Source: a virus. Taken from it: DNA of 64,000 nt. The stretch spans positions 32,001 to 96,000 of the IMG/VR virus record IMGVR_UViG_3300023210_000011. One strand, 5' to 3'. The notes beneath the pieces are model-generated. The model was not told the DNA's origin. It was given only the letters and a program-made list of their open reading frames with translations, and made no database searches. A program made the translations under genes and the position numbers. Below are positions 7,754 through 16,064 of this stretch, piece after piece (the stretch's first letter is position 1; each line of letters begins with the position of its first letter).

Positions 7754-8688
7754 AACCCGACTACCGAGGCCTGCGGGCGCACATGCAGAAGGCGAGTCCG
7801 TTCCAGGAAAAGGCGGGCGGCATCCATGGGAGCCCTCATGGAGGCCACAGCCGAGAGGCCCTCCTCGCAGAGCAGGAGCGGGTACGCAGGCAGTTGGCCG
7901 GGGAGAAGGTAGCGGGCGCCCGAGAAGCTCTGCGAGTTTTTCTCACGGGAAAGGTTCCGGTCCGCCACGGAACTACCAAGGCGGTGGCAAAGAAGATTCG
8001 CGCCACCGGCCTGCGTCCGCAGGGGTCAGCAGGCATCTCTTCGTTGCTCGCCGTTCCCGGAGAAGAAGGACTTGCCTTCACTACGAGGTCGAAGGCCATG
8101 GCGAAAAACTACGCTCAGCAGGCTGAAGGCCTCGCCAAGGCGAAGGCGCTGAGGAGGCACATACCGATTGAGCAGAAGCGGCAGATCCTGAACTCCCCTG
8201 CGGTGCAGGGCATGCAGCGCCAGTTCGAGGCTACCGGAAGCTCTGCGAATATGGGAGACGTGTTGCAGGCTCAAGCGGGCAGGGCCCTATCCTTCTTCGG
8301 CAAGGGAGATGTTGTGGAGGCCCGCGTTCCCTGGAAGAAGCTGCGGGCGCGCGAGGCTCCTGGGAGGGAACTCCATGCACCCGTGGTAAAGAGCCAGAGG
8401 GAGGCGCTGTCCCAGATTCACCCCTCTCTCGAACAAGTCCCGGCCGCAGCGTTCATGACTGATGTTCCTGTTCGCGGGGGCTTGCCGGCTGAGTACATCA
8501 AAGGGTCTCCCTCGTATATGCGCACGAGTGTGGGCAGCCTCCGTGACCACCTTCGGAGCATCAAGGACGAGCCCAAGGCCTTTGGCAAGGAGGTTCTTCG
8601 CGCCTACGCCGGCATGCAGCATCGTCCCTCGACTCTGCTGGGCCAGGATCCTGCTCTCCGCAGAAGGCTCCTCGGAGTAGCCGAGTAG
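7750..8688 (+). CDS. Putative ADP-ribosyltransferase-fold protein with N-terminal leader
   Basis: RHGT...IRATGLRP, AFTT...AKNYA, VVEARVP and GLPAEYI follow the strand order of H-class ART/Tpt1-like domains. Confidence 0.6.
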   Translation: MKPDYRGLRAHMQKASPFQEKAGGIHGSPHGGHSREALLAEQERVRRQLAGEKVAGAREALRVFLTGKVPVRHGTTKAVAKKIRATGLRPQGSAGISSLLAVPGEEGLAFTTRSKAMAKNYAQQAEGLAKAKALRRHIPIEQKRQILNSPAVQGMQRQFEATGSSANMGDVLQAQAGRALSFFGKGDVVEARVPWKKLRAREAPGRELHAPVVKSQREALSQIHPSLEQVPAAAFMTDVPVRGGLPAEYIKGSPSYMRTSVGSLRDHLRSIKDEPKAFGKEVLRAYAGMQHRPSTLLGQDPALRRRLLGVAE

Positions 8689-8709
8689 TCAACACCGCGA
8701 ATAGTCCAT

Positions 8710-8737
8710 TTGCCCTTGGCATGAAAAAGAAGATAAT
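8710..8737 (+). promoter_or_regulatory. Possible sigma70-like promoter in AT-rich intergenic gap
   Basis: TTGCCC-16 nt-GATAAT in the only ~200 nt AT-rich gap of the region; weak match. Confidence 0.3.
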
Positions 8738-8886
8738 TCGCTTCATCGTGGCCCCTGTAAAGGTGTCACACCAGGCTTTCCCGGACAATCCAGTACGTCC
8801 CTGGTGCGGTGAATACTCCTTCGATTTCTCCGGAGATTTCTCGGTTTCCTCACACCGATGTTATACCGGAAAAACGGAGGGAATTT

Positions 8887-9150
8887 ATGCCGCCACAGAA
8901 GAAGACCATTGCGGTCCTGCTGACGCAGGTGACGGAGCTCCGGCAGCGTGCTGCGGTCCAGACTGCCCTCGTGCAGATCTTGCGGACCCGGTATCTGCCG
9001 AGGGATGGGGTCCCGGAGGCCCTGGCCCAGATTGACTGCGAGGGGGCACCCGTCTCTGCCGACATCATCGAGGAGATGGTGGAGGAGTTGGAGGATGTGG
9101 TGTCGGAAATCAACAAGGAAGTCCGCTCGATTCTGAGCCAGGAGGCCTGA
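8887..9150 (+). CDS. Hypothetical protein
   Basis: GGAGG RBS 6 nt before ATG 8887 (track start 8809 is too early). Confidence 0.75.
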   Translation: MPPQKKTIAVLLTQVTELRQRAAVQTALVQILRTRYLPRDGVPEALAQIDCEGAPVSADIIEEMVEELEDVVSEINKEVRSILSQEA

Positions 9151-9531
9151 ATGCCATCGCGCACCGAACGACTCGAAGCCAAGTTCACTGAGCTCGAGCA
9201 GCGCATCGCCCTACTGGAGAAGATCCAGTCCGAGGGCATCGATCACCTGATCACCGAGATCCAGAGGCTGTCAGAGAATGACGGAGTACTCGGGGAAGTC
9301 GCAGAGCAGCATGACAACCTCCTCGCAGCACTGCGAGCACTGCTCGATGAGAAGAAGGTCGTGAGTGACGCCGAGGTCACCGCGAAGACCCAGGAGATCT
9401 CAGATCTCCGAGAGCGTGCTCAGAAGAGCCGGGACCAAGAGGCCGAGCTCCGGCAGGTGGCCTTCCGCGCAGAGGAAGCAGCCAAGGAAGAGGCAGGTCA
9501 CCCGAAGGAAGCGTTCATCTTCGGGAGCTAA
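9151..9531 (+). CDS. Coiled-coil hypothetical protein
   Basis: Heptad-like L/I with E/K/R-rich sequence; abuts the upstream stop. Confidence 0.8.
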   Translation: MPSRTERLEAKFTELEQRIALLEKIQSEGIDHLITEIQRLSENDGVLGEVAEQHDNLLAALRALLDEKKVVSDAEVTAKTQEISDLRERAQKSRDQEAELRQVAFRAEEAAKEEAGHPKEAFIFGS

Positions 9532-9541
9532 GGCCTTCGAG

Positions 9542-9573
9542 GCGTACGGGGGTCCCGAAGGACCCCCGTACGC
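9542..9573. terminator. 14-bp perfect hairpin between convergent genes (C-UUCG-G loop on minus strand)
   Basis: GCGTACGGGGGTCC-CGAA-GGACCCCCGTACGC; no strong U-tract. Confidence 0.75.
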
Positions 9574-9579
9574 TCTTGC

Positions 9580-10065
9580 TCACCGCTGGCCGCACTGCCC
9601 GCAGTAGCTCTCGGTCTCTGTTCCGTGACGGCAGAAATCTCCAGACTGGAGAATTCGCTGTTGGATGGCATCTTCTCTCTCGACAAGAACTCCATCGAGA
9701 GTCTCTACCCGCAACTCCATATTGCCGAGGTCTCCGTCCCACATGCGGTCTCGCACGATGCGGTGTGCCCGAGAGTCTACGAAGTCGCGCGGGCCTGTCT
9801 GCTTTACCCAGTCTCGTGCCGGCCAAGAGGCAAAGCGCCAGCGGACCTGGAAGGTAGCAGGCGAGGGTGAGGATGGCTGATCGGGCTTCCGGACCCGGAC
9901 CCATGCGAGGGTCCAGACTTCTCCTGTCTCTGGATCTTTCCGTCCCAGGTCTTCGTCAGTGGCGAAGGTCTGGTCACTCGAGTCGATGATCGTGGAGATC
10001 TCACGATCGAAGAGCCCGCAGGGCTCAAACGTGTCGAGGTCGGGGACCTCCAGGGTACGGGGCAT
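9580..10065 (-). CDS. Hypothetical protein
   Basis: 161 aa, TGATG-coupled, ends at the hairpin. Confidence 0.75.
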   Translation of the reverse strand: MPRTLEVPDLDTFEPCGLFDREISTIIDSSDQTFATDEDLGRKDPETGEVWTLAWVRVRKPDQPSSPSPATFQVRWRFASWPARDWVKQTGPRDFVDSRAHRIVRDRMWDGDLGNMELRVETLDGVLVEREDAIQQRILQSGDFCRHGTETESYCGQCGQR

Positions 10066-10106
10066 CAGTCCTCCAGGTATTTGCTGTGCCAGTCCGGGAT
10101 CTTCAT
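10065..10106 (-). CDS. Possible 13-aa micro-ORF MKIPDWHSKYLED
   Basis: ATGA overlap at its start and TGATG overlap at its stop; exactly fills the gap. Confidence 0.4.
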   Translation of the reverse strand: MKIPDWHSKYLED

Positions 10107-10336
10107 GTAGACCTCAAAACGTGATTGAAATGGCGCGTGGTTCGGCGTGTCCTGGTGAGGAACCCCGAGAACAGGGGGGAGTAGCCACAGCTCTTGCACT
10201 GCAGCGTGGGGGTCAGCTGGTAGCCGCCCGGAGGGGGCGTGCCTCGCTGGTTCCACGGGCACTGGACGAGCACCTGGCCCATCTTGTAGTGCTTCTTTCC
10301 GCAGTCGGGGCAGGGAATGTAGGAAGGACGCCTCAT
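10103..10336 (-). CDS. Small Zn-ribbon protein
   Basis: CPDC...QCP...CKSC; ATGA-coupled start at 10336. Confidence 0.7.
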   Translation of the reverse strand: MRRPSYIPCPDCGKKHYKMGQVLVQCPWNQRGTPPPGGYQLTPTLQCKSCGYSPLFSGFLTRTRRTTRHFNHVLRST

Positions 10337-10599
10337 GTCGTTCCCCACCGCTCTACGGCCGTGAGCGGTGCCTTGCATCCCCAGAACCGGAGCCGAATGA
10401 CCAGTCCCCGGCCCCGGTTCTGCTCCCAGGCTCCGTGCCTGAAGTCGAGCACTCCGGCGTACACGCGCTCGGCTACTCGACGCTCAATCGGAGCACCCGG
10501 GCAGTGCGTGGTGAGCTCTCCTTCTGCGAGGTCGCAGACCACGCACTCAGAGATGCCCTCGTGTCCGGGGACATCTCTGAGCTTGTGCTCTCGGGACAT
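10333..10599 (-). CDS. Small phage hypothetical protein (CxxC...AEG.L.T.CPG)
   Basis: ECVVCDLAEGELTTHCPG motif; coupled on both sides. Confidence 0.7.
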   Translation of the reverse strand: MSREHKLRDVPGHEGISECVVCDLAEGELTTHCPGAPIERRVAERVYAGVLDFRHGAWEQNRGRGLVIRLRFWGCKAPLTAVERWGTT

Positions 10600-10764
10600 C
10601 TACCGCCCGCCCCAAGGGAGGAGAGTGCCTCCCCGGATCTCGCGTTCTACGCCGCACTCACAGCGGCACCACCAGGTCACTTGGCCGTTTTTCTTTCCGT
10701 GTCTTCGAAGTACAGACCACTTCCCATAGGCGTGCCCAGTTTCATCTTTCACTTTTGCTGCCAT
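10600..10764 (-). pseudogene. 54-aa remnant of an HNH/AP2-type homing endonuclease N-terminal domain, not in ORF track
   Basis: MAAKVKDETGHAYGKWSVLRRHGKKNGQVTWWCRCECGVEREIRGGTL matches the DLTGxRFGxLTVL...WxCxCxCG start of phage homing endonucleases, then stops. Locally AT-richer. Confidence 0.6.
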
Positions 10765-12052
10765 AGGTCAGACTCTCCTCGATGCACTCTTCTGCCTCCT
10801 TGTCGTCGCGAAATCGAACGACCCGAGGGAACTGAAGTGCGTTGGTGGCCTCCCCGTCGGCGATGAAGGTCCGGCTGGCGAATTGAATCTCTGCGACCAC
10901 AGGGAACACGCCAGGAGTGCTGAGCCAGTTCCTGTGGTCCTGGGTGAGTCCTCCTCCGCAGTCGCACAAGTAGACCAGTTCTCCGTCGGCGTCGTATTGG
11001 TGGAGGGCTACGGACCCTACCTTTCCACGGTTCTTCCCGCGGCCGTACTTGCCGACGCCCTGTTCGGGGTCCCATAGGCAGACAGCATCCAGTTCGAAGA
11101 CGGGCTTCAGCTTGCAGCAGGTGTTCGGGCGGTCGGGCTTGCCGCGCAGGTTGAAGGACTTCTCGCCGTAGGTGGAGTGCGGGTCCACGATGACGAAGCC
11201 CTCCCACCCCTGAGCGACCAGGGTGTTGCGGAGTCCCTCGACCCCCTTGTAGTCGCCTTCGATGAAGGTCTCCGGCGGATGTACGAACTGGCCGGAGAAC
11301 AGGTCCGCGTGGTCCAGGCGGAACCGGTACTGCATCTCTCCGAGCAGCTGGAGCCCGGCAGCCCAGGCCACGTCCCAGCAGATGAAGTGCAGGAACCCGG
11401 TCTTCTCCTGGATCTCGAGGGCCTTCGGAGTCAACGACTTCATCACCTTCGCGACCCGCCATCGATCATCCGCGTCAGGCCCGTTCACGATCTCGCCCAA
11501 CAGGATGGTGTTGTTCGGGATCTCGTCGTTCTCCTCGATCTCCGTGGCGATGTGGTCGAAGCGCTCGCGCCAGGTGTGCTGATCTTCGAGGTGGTGATTC
11601 GTCAGCATCCGTCGGCTGAAGAAGATCGCCTCCCCCTCGGAGTTCTTGACGATGACCATCATCTCGCCATCGTACTTCCGCACCGCCCACGCCTTCCCGT
11701 CCTCGACCATCTTCTCCATCTTCTTGTTCAGCGAGTTCTGAGGCTTGTAGAAGGACAGGTTGTCCACGATGCCGTGCTCGAAGGGGCTGTAGTCAGCGGT
11801 CTCCTCCAGCTTCGTGTCGTAGCCCTTCCGCATCTTCTTCGAGATCAGGCGATCCATCATGTTCTGCGCGTCTTGCTCAGCCGAGACCTCGTTGCTGCGC
11901 CCCGCGTGCTTGGCGGTTCCGTAGTCCGTGACCTCCTGCATCTTCCCGTCGAGCTGGCCGAAGCGCGTGTGGACCGCGTTCCCCTCGACAGCGATTTCCC
12001 AGACCCGCACAGCGCCGGTGCGCGCACGGTTATAGAGTGTGGTGTAGTTCAT
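10742..12052 (-). CDS. lig: ATP-dependent DNA ligase with N-terminal WGR-like domain
   Basis: Motif I KYDG, LLGEIV, FICWDV, GWEGFVI, KLKP; OB-fold LQFPRVVRFRDDK. N-terminal RVWEIAV...TRFGQLDG...KKMRKGY. GGAGG RBS. Confidence 0.9.
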   Translation of the reverse strand: MNYTTLYNRARTGAVRVWEIAVEGNAVHTRFGQLDGKMQEVTDYGTAKHAGRSNEVSAEQDAQNMMDRLISKKMRKGYDTKLEETADYSPFEHGIVDNLSFYKPQNSLNKKMEKMVEDGKAWAVRKYDGEMMVIVKNSEGEAIFFSRRMLTNHHLEDQHTWRERFDHIATEIEENDEIPNNTILLGEIVNGPDADDRWRVAKVMKSLTPKALEIQEKTGFLHFICWDVAWAAGLQLLGEMQYRFRLDHADLFSGQFVHPPETFIEGDYKGVEGLRNTLVAQGWEGFVIVDPHSTYGEKSFNLRGKPDRPNTCCKLKPVFELDAVCLWDPEQGVGKYGRGKNRGKVGSVALHQYDADGELVYLCDCGGGLTQDHRNWLSTPGVFPVVAEIQFASRTFIADGEATNALQFPRVVRFRDDKEAEECIEESLTYGSKSER

Positions 12053-12070
12053 TGTGCCTCCGGGGGACTT

Positions 12071-12274
12071 ATGGCCGGGAAAACTGAAATCTTGCAGCGC
12101 GCCGATGTGGACATCGATGCCTTCGACAAGTGGTTTCAGGAGCAGGGAGCTCAGCCTCTTGTCAGATCAGAGCGCGCTATCATCAAGACATTCTTGGTGG
12201 CGCTCCGGTCAGGCAAGCTCGCGCCCCCCGCACACGAGGGCACGACTGAAATGCCGCCGTGCCGGCTAACGTGA
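12071..12274 (+). CDS. Small hypothetical protein (67 aa)
   Basis: GGGGGA RBS; MAGKTEILQRADVDIDAFDKWF...; followed by a hairpin. Confidence 0.6.
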   Translation: MAGKTEILQRADVDIDAFDKWFQEQGAQPLVRSERAIIKTFLVALRSGKLAPPAHEGTTEMPPCRLT

Positions 12275-12283
12275 GAGCCGCTA

Positions 12284-12309
12284 CGCCCCCGCACCGAAGT
12301 GCGGGGGCG
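12284..12309. terminator. 11-bp hairpin between convergent genes (C-UUCG-G loop on minus strand)
   Basis: CGCCCCCGCAC-CGAA-GTGCGGGGGCG. Confidence 0.7.
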
Positions 12310-12318
12310 GGTTTCCGC

Positions 12319-12669
12319 TCATCCGACCTGGGCGTACCCATCTCGGACCAGCCCCAGTCGGCGGGGCTGGTCCATGATGATGTGACGCACCTTTCTCGAC
12401 ACATCCTCCTTACTCCTGTTGGGCCAGCCTTCCGCCAGCCACCACATCGCCTCCCTGCCGGTCATCAAGACCGAGATGTCGAGCACCTCGATCTTGACGT
12501 CGAGGAACTCAGGCCTTTGAGTAACTGGCTCCCTGCCCGTCCCCGACGACAAGTTCTTCGCGAACTTGTCGTCGTCCCGGCGGGCCTGGCGGCCCGCCTG
12601 GTTCTGGCTGTCGATTGCCTGGATGGCGCCGACAGCCGCGGCAACGATGCCGCAAGTCACAAAGAACAT
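12319..12669 (-). CDS. Hypothetical protein with N-terminal hydrophobic segment
   Basis: AGGAGG RBS; MFFVTCGIVAAAVGAIQAI signal/TM-like start. Confidence 0.75.
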   Translation of the reverse strand: MFFVTCGIVAAAVGAIQAIDSQNQAGRQARRDDDKFAKNLSSGTGREPVTQRPEFLDVKIEVLDISVLMTGREAMWWLAEGWPNRSKEDVSRKVRHIIMDQPRRLGLVRDGYAQVG

Positions 12670-12716
12670 CGTTCCTCCTGTGTACTATACTTATGCCCGA
12701 TTCCGAGGTGTAATCC
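12670..12716. promoter_or_regulatory. Divergent promoter region
   Basis: AT-rich gap with overlapping -10-like hexamers: TATACT (+, 12686-12691) and TATAGT (-, 12684-12689). RBS elements face both ways. Confidence 0.45.
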
Positions 12717-15700
12717 ATGATTACCGCCCAGCAGGTGGCCCAGGGAATGGCCCTTCAGCAGCAGCAGCACTCGATGCTGACCGCTGGCGCGTCCGGAATG
12801 ATGCAGGCACAGCCTGCGATGGGCATGTCGCAGTACCCGCCGCAGTTCAGCTACGCGATGCCGAGCAACCCCAACCACGGTCGTGCGGCGCTGGGCAGTT
12901 CAATGGTGATGGGCGGCATGACGGGCGGCATCAACGCTGCCAGCTCCATCGCCAACCTCGCGGCGATCCCGGCGACTGCTGCGGGAATCGGCAGTTTGGG
13001 ATTCGCAGGGGCCAACTTCCTCGGACTGGGCGGCGGCGCTACCGCGGCCTCTCTCGGGGCCATGTCCGGAGGATTCATGACAGGGGCTGCCCTTCCCATG
13101 GCGGGCCTCGGCGTTGCTGCGGGCACGGCCTCGGCGATGAGATCTGGCATGCAGCAGACGCAGCAGGTCAACCAGCTCTTCGGCGGGATGCAGTTCGCCA
13201 ACATGGGCGGAGACCCTCGAACAGGTCGAGGATTCAGCCAGAACGACCTCGGGCAGATTCAGAGAGGAATCCGGGCTATCAACGCCAACAATCCCTTTGT
13301 GTCCATGTCGGATGCGCTCCGCTCATCCGAGCAGTTCACCGATATGGGGATGCACCAGGGGGTGCAGGACGCCGAGAAGATGGCGCGCAAGCTCACAGAG
13401 ATGGGCAAGACGATGCACCAGATGGCGCGGATCATGGGCACTTCCATGGAGGAGGCCGGCAAGGCGATGGGTTCGATGCGTTCTTCCGGGTTCTACTCGG
13501 CCTCCGATGTCATGGGGAACACGGCAGACATGAACTTGATGCGCGGCTACGGCATGACCTCAGACCGGTTCGCCGGCATGCAGGCTTCCGGGGCTGCCGC
13601 GACTCGAGGAGCACAGCTCTCCGGACGCGCAGGCGCCGGATTCGTCACGGGGGCTGCCCAGGACATCATGAGCGGCATCCGTACGGGCGCGCTGTCTGGT
13701 GAGCAGATCATGGACATCACAGGGGGCCGGGATCCCCTGGAAGCGGCACAGATGATGGCGCAGCAGTCCCTCGGGGCCACCATGCAGGGGCTCTCCGGTC
13801 CTGGAGGGACTGCGATGTTGGCCGCTATGGGGACCATGAAAGACGGGAAGTTCACGGGAGGGATCGACGCAGGGGTGATGCGTCAGATGGCCGAAGGGAA
13901 GCTGGGCCTCCGGGACCTGAGTGCCCGAGGCCAGAAGAAGGTCGGGTCAAGTCGGAGCTCGCAGGTGTCCTTTGTCGCGAACCAGAAGGACATCATGGAT
14001 ACTGCTCTCCAGAGTCCCGAGATGTCGGAGGCGCTGCTCAACGTCATCCGAACCGAGGCCCGTGAGATGGGGGACGAGAGCGAGGAGTACCTGCAGGTCC
14101 TGGCACAGACACAGTTCAACATGGATCGACGCCAGTTCCGCATCCTCTCTCGCATGGCTGAAGATCGGAAGAAGGGCCACCGTGAGCGCCTGTCGAGCCT
14201 GAAGCGCGAGGTGGACACTTCATCGCGCTCTGCCTACCTCCGTGAGAATCGCACCCTCGGTGGATTTGTCCAGAAGGCGACGGGCGGGGCCGCAGATCTG
14301 TGGCAGCAGGGCGCCGTTGACTTCTTCAGTGACGCCTCTCGGGACATTACCGAGGGGTTCCAGGAGGCCGAGCGTCGGATCTACGGGGACACGGAGGTTT
14401 CGGTCTCCAGATCTGCCATCCAGGACGTAATCATGGCGGGGAAGGGCAACTCCTCCGCGCTGTCGAAGGTGAGCCCCACGGTGGCTGCACGCCACGCGAT
14501 GTCCACGGGGAACATGGATGCGTTCACCGGGACGCTGGGGGTCTCGGATGAGCTCCTGGGCAGTGTAGACCTCGAGGGGGTCAACCAAGGAGCGCGGGCG
14601 GCGATGTCTGCCGAGCGTGGCGGAGTGGCGGCCCGTAAGCTGGGCCTCCCAAGCGGGCGGAGTGCCAAATTGGAAGCCCTGCGCGCCGAGGTGCGCGACC
14701 AGGTAAGGGGGAAGGGGTCAGTTGCAACCCCTGCCGAGATCGACGCCATCATCGCGAAGTCCGGGGCTGCCGGGGCGCGGTTGATTGCCCAGGACAAGTC
14801 CCAGACCCGGGTGTGGGAGGACGGATGGAACAAGGTCCCATCCTTCGGCGCCAGAGGCGGTGCCGCGGACAGTGTCATCGCCAGTCAGAAGAGCCTGGCG
14901 GCCGAGTCGGGCCTGGACGACCTCTCCAACGAGGCCGCTGGCGCCGCCGTGGCCTTCTTGGGCTCTCGTATGGTGGCAACCGGCGCCGTGCTGGCGGTGG
15001 TAGGAGGGCCGATGGGTTGGGCTGCGGGAGCAACGACCATCGCAGCTGGAGTGGCCGTTGGCGGCGTGGGGATACTCATGGGTTTGGGGGACTCAGACCT
15101 GGATGACATGCAGGAGGACTTCACCTCTGGCAAGGCGGGCACCGAGCTTGTTGCCGACTACGCGGACAAGGACAAGCAGGTCAAGATCGATGAGATCATC
15201 GCGGACGCCGCCGCGTCATCCAACACCCTGGCCGAGGGCCGAGAGAAGGCCGCCAAGAACCTCTCAAAGCTCTTGGGCCGTCCGGTGTCCGCGCGAGACG
15301 TGGAGATCGCGGACACGGTGATGCAGAAGCGCACCAACAAGAATGCGGCGGAGCGCAAGACCCTCACTTCCGCAGAGCGGGAGAAGATGGTCAAGGTCGC
15401 CAAAATGGGGAAGGCGCAGGTCGGCCTGGTCGCCACCAAGCGGGTAGCGGAGAGCCTCAAAGGTCTCGGGAACGAGATCGGAATGGCGGATGTGGATGAG
15501 ACTACGAGAGCTGCATTCCGGAAGGCCACCTCGGGGCTTGCCGGAGGGGATGGAGACGCCTTCGAGAACCTGGGCTCCGCCCTGCGTGCAGCTGCGGGAG
15601 GAGGATTTGAGGTCGGGGAGAATGCCTCGGGCACACGGCAGATCTTCGGGCTGGGCGTGGACGCCTACAACGAGCTGCAGGGGATGGGAGAAGACGGCCT

Positions 15701-16064
15701 CACCCTCGAAGAGATGGCCACGGTCACGAACTACAAGAAGGAGGATCTCGAGAAGATCCTCAAGAGGGTCGGGGTCTCGGCTACTGGTGGCGTAGTTAAG
15801 GGCCGCCGCGACATCGAGAAGGTCACTGGAGCCCTCTCCTCCCAGATGGTTGCAGGGGTACTCACGGAGGGGAAGGAGGGCATCCAGAGGGTCCTTGACT
15901 CTGGGAAGACACAGGAGCAGATCACAGCGGAGGCTGTGACTGCCATGACCACCGCGGTCAACCAGTCGGTCGAGATGACTGAAGCCCTCTACAAGACCGT
16001 GAGGAACGAGGGCCTTGACGTCCAGCTCGTAGATCCTGACAGCGCAGCTAAGGGGGAGAAGTAG
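12717..16064 (+). CDS. Tape measure-like protein
   Basis: 1115 aa, Gly/Ala/Met-rich and helical, two hydrophobic Gly-rich segments, directly upstream of the baseplate genes. Confidence 0.7.
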   Translation: MITAQQVAQGMALQQQQHSMLTAGASGMMQAQPAMGMSQYPPQFSYAMPSNPNHGRAALGSSMVMGGMTGGINAASSIANLAAIPATAAGIGSLGFAGANFLGLGGGATAASLGAMSGGFMTGAALPMAGLGVAAGTASAMRSGMQQTQQVNQLFGGMQFANMGGDPRTGRGFSQNDLGQIQRGIRAINANNPFVSMSDALRSSEQFTDMGMHQGVQDAEKMARKLTEMGKTMHQMARIMGTSMEEAGKAMGSMRSSGFYSASDVMGNTADMNLMRGYGMTSDRFAGMQASGAAATRGAQLSGRAGAGFVTGAAQDIMSGIRTGALSGEQIMDITGGRDPLEAAQMMAQQSLGATMQGLSGPGGTAMLAAMGTMKDGKFTGGIDAGVMRQMAEGKLGLRDLSARGQKKVGSSRSSQVSFVANQKDIMDTALQSPEMSEALLNVIRTEAREMGDESEEYLQVLAQTQFNMDRRQFRILSRMAEDRKKGHRERLSSLKREVDTSSRSAYLRENRTLGGFVQKATGGAADLWQQGAVDFFSDASRDITEGFQEAERRIYGDTEVSVSRSAIQDVIMAGKGNSSALSKVSPTVAARHAMSTGNMDAFTGTLGVSDELLGSVDLEGVNQGARAAMSAERGGVAARKLGLPSGRSAKLEALRAEVRDQVRGKGSVATPAEIDAIIAKSGAAGARLIAQDKSQTRVWEDGWNKVPSFGARGGAADSVIASQKSLAAESGLDDLSNEAAGAAVAFLGSRMVATGAVLAVVGGPMGWAAGATTIAAGVAVGGVGILMGLGDSDLDDMQEDFTSGKAGTELVADYADKDKQVKIDEIIADAAASSNTLAEGREKAAKNLSKLLGRPVSARDVEIADTVMQKRTNKNAAERKTLTSAEREKMVKVAKMGKAQVGLVATKRVAESLKGLGNEIGMADVDETTRAAFRKATSGLAGGDGDAFENLGSALRAAAGGGFEVGENASGTRQIFGLGVDAYNELQGMGEDGLTLEEMATVTNYKKEDLEKILKRVGVSATGGVVKGRRDIEKVTGALSSQMVAGVLTEGKEGIQRVLDSGKTQEQITAEAVTAMTTAVNQSVEMTEALYKTVRNEGLDVQLVDPDSAAKGEK

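Noticed and set aside
8721-9035. ORF MKKKIIRF... as a gene
   Set aside because: It spans the AT-rich intergenic/promoter gap and overlaps the RBS-supported gene at 8887 out of frame.
7750-12052. Eukaryote-like PARP/WGR/ligase/SNF2 repair pathway
   Set aside because: The genes are on opposite strands in different transcription units and each has common prokaryotic-virus counterparts; nothing in the sequence links them functionally.
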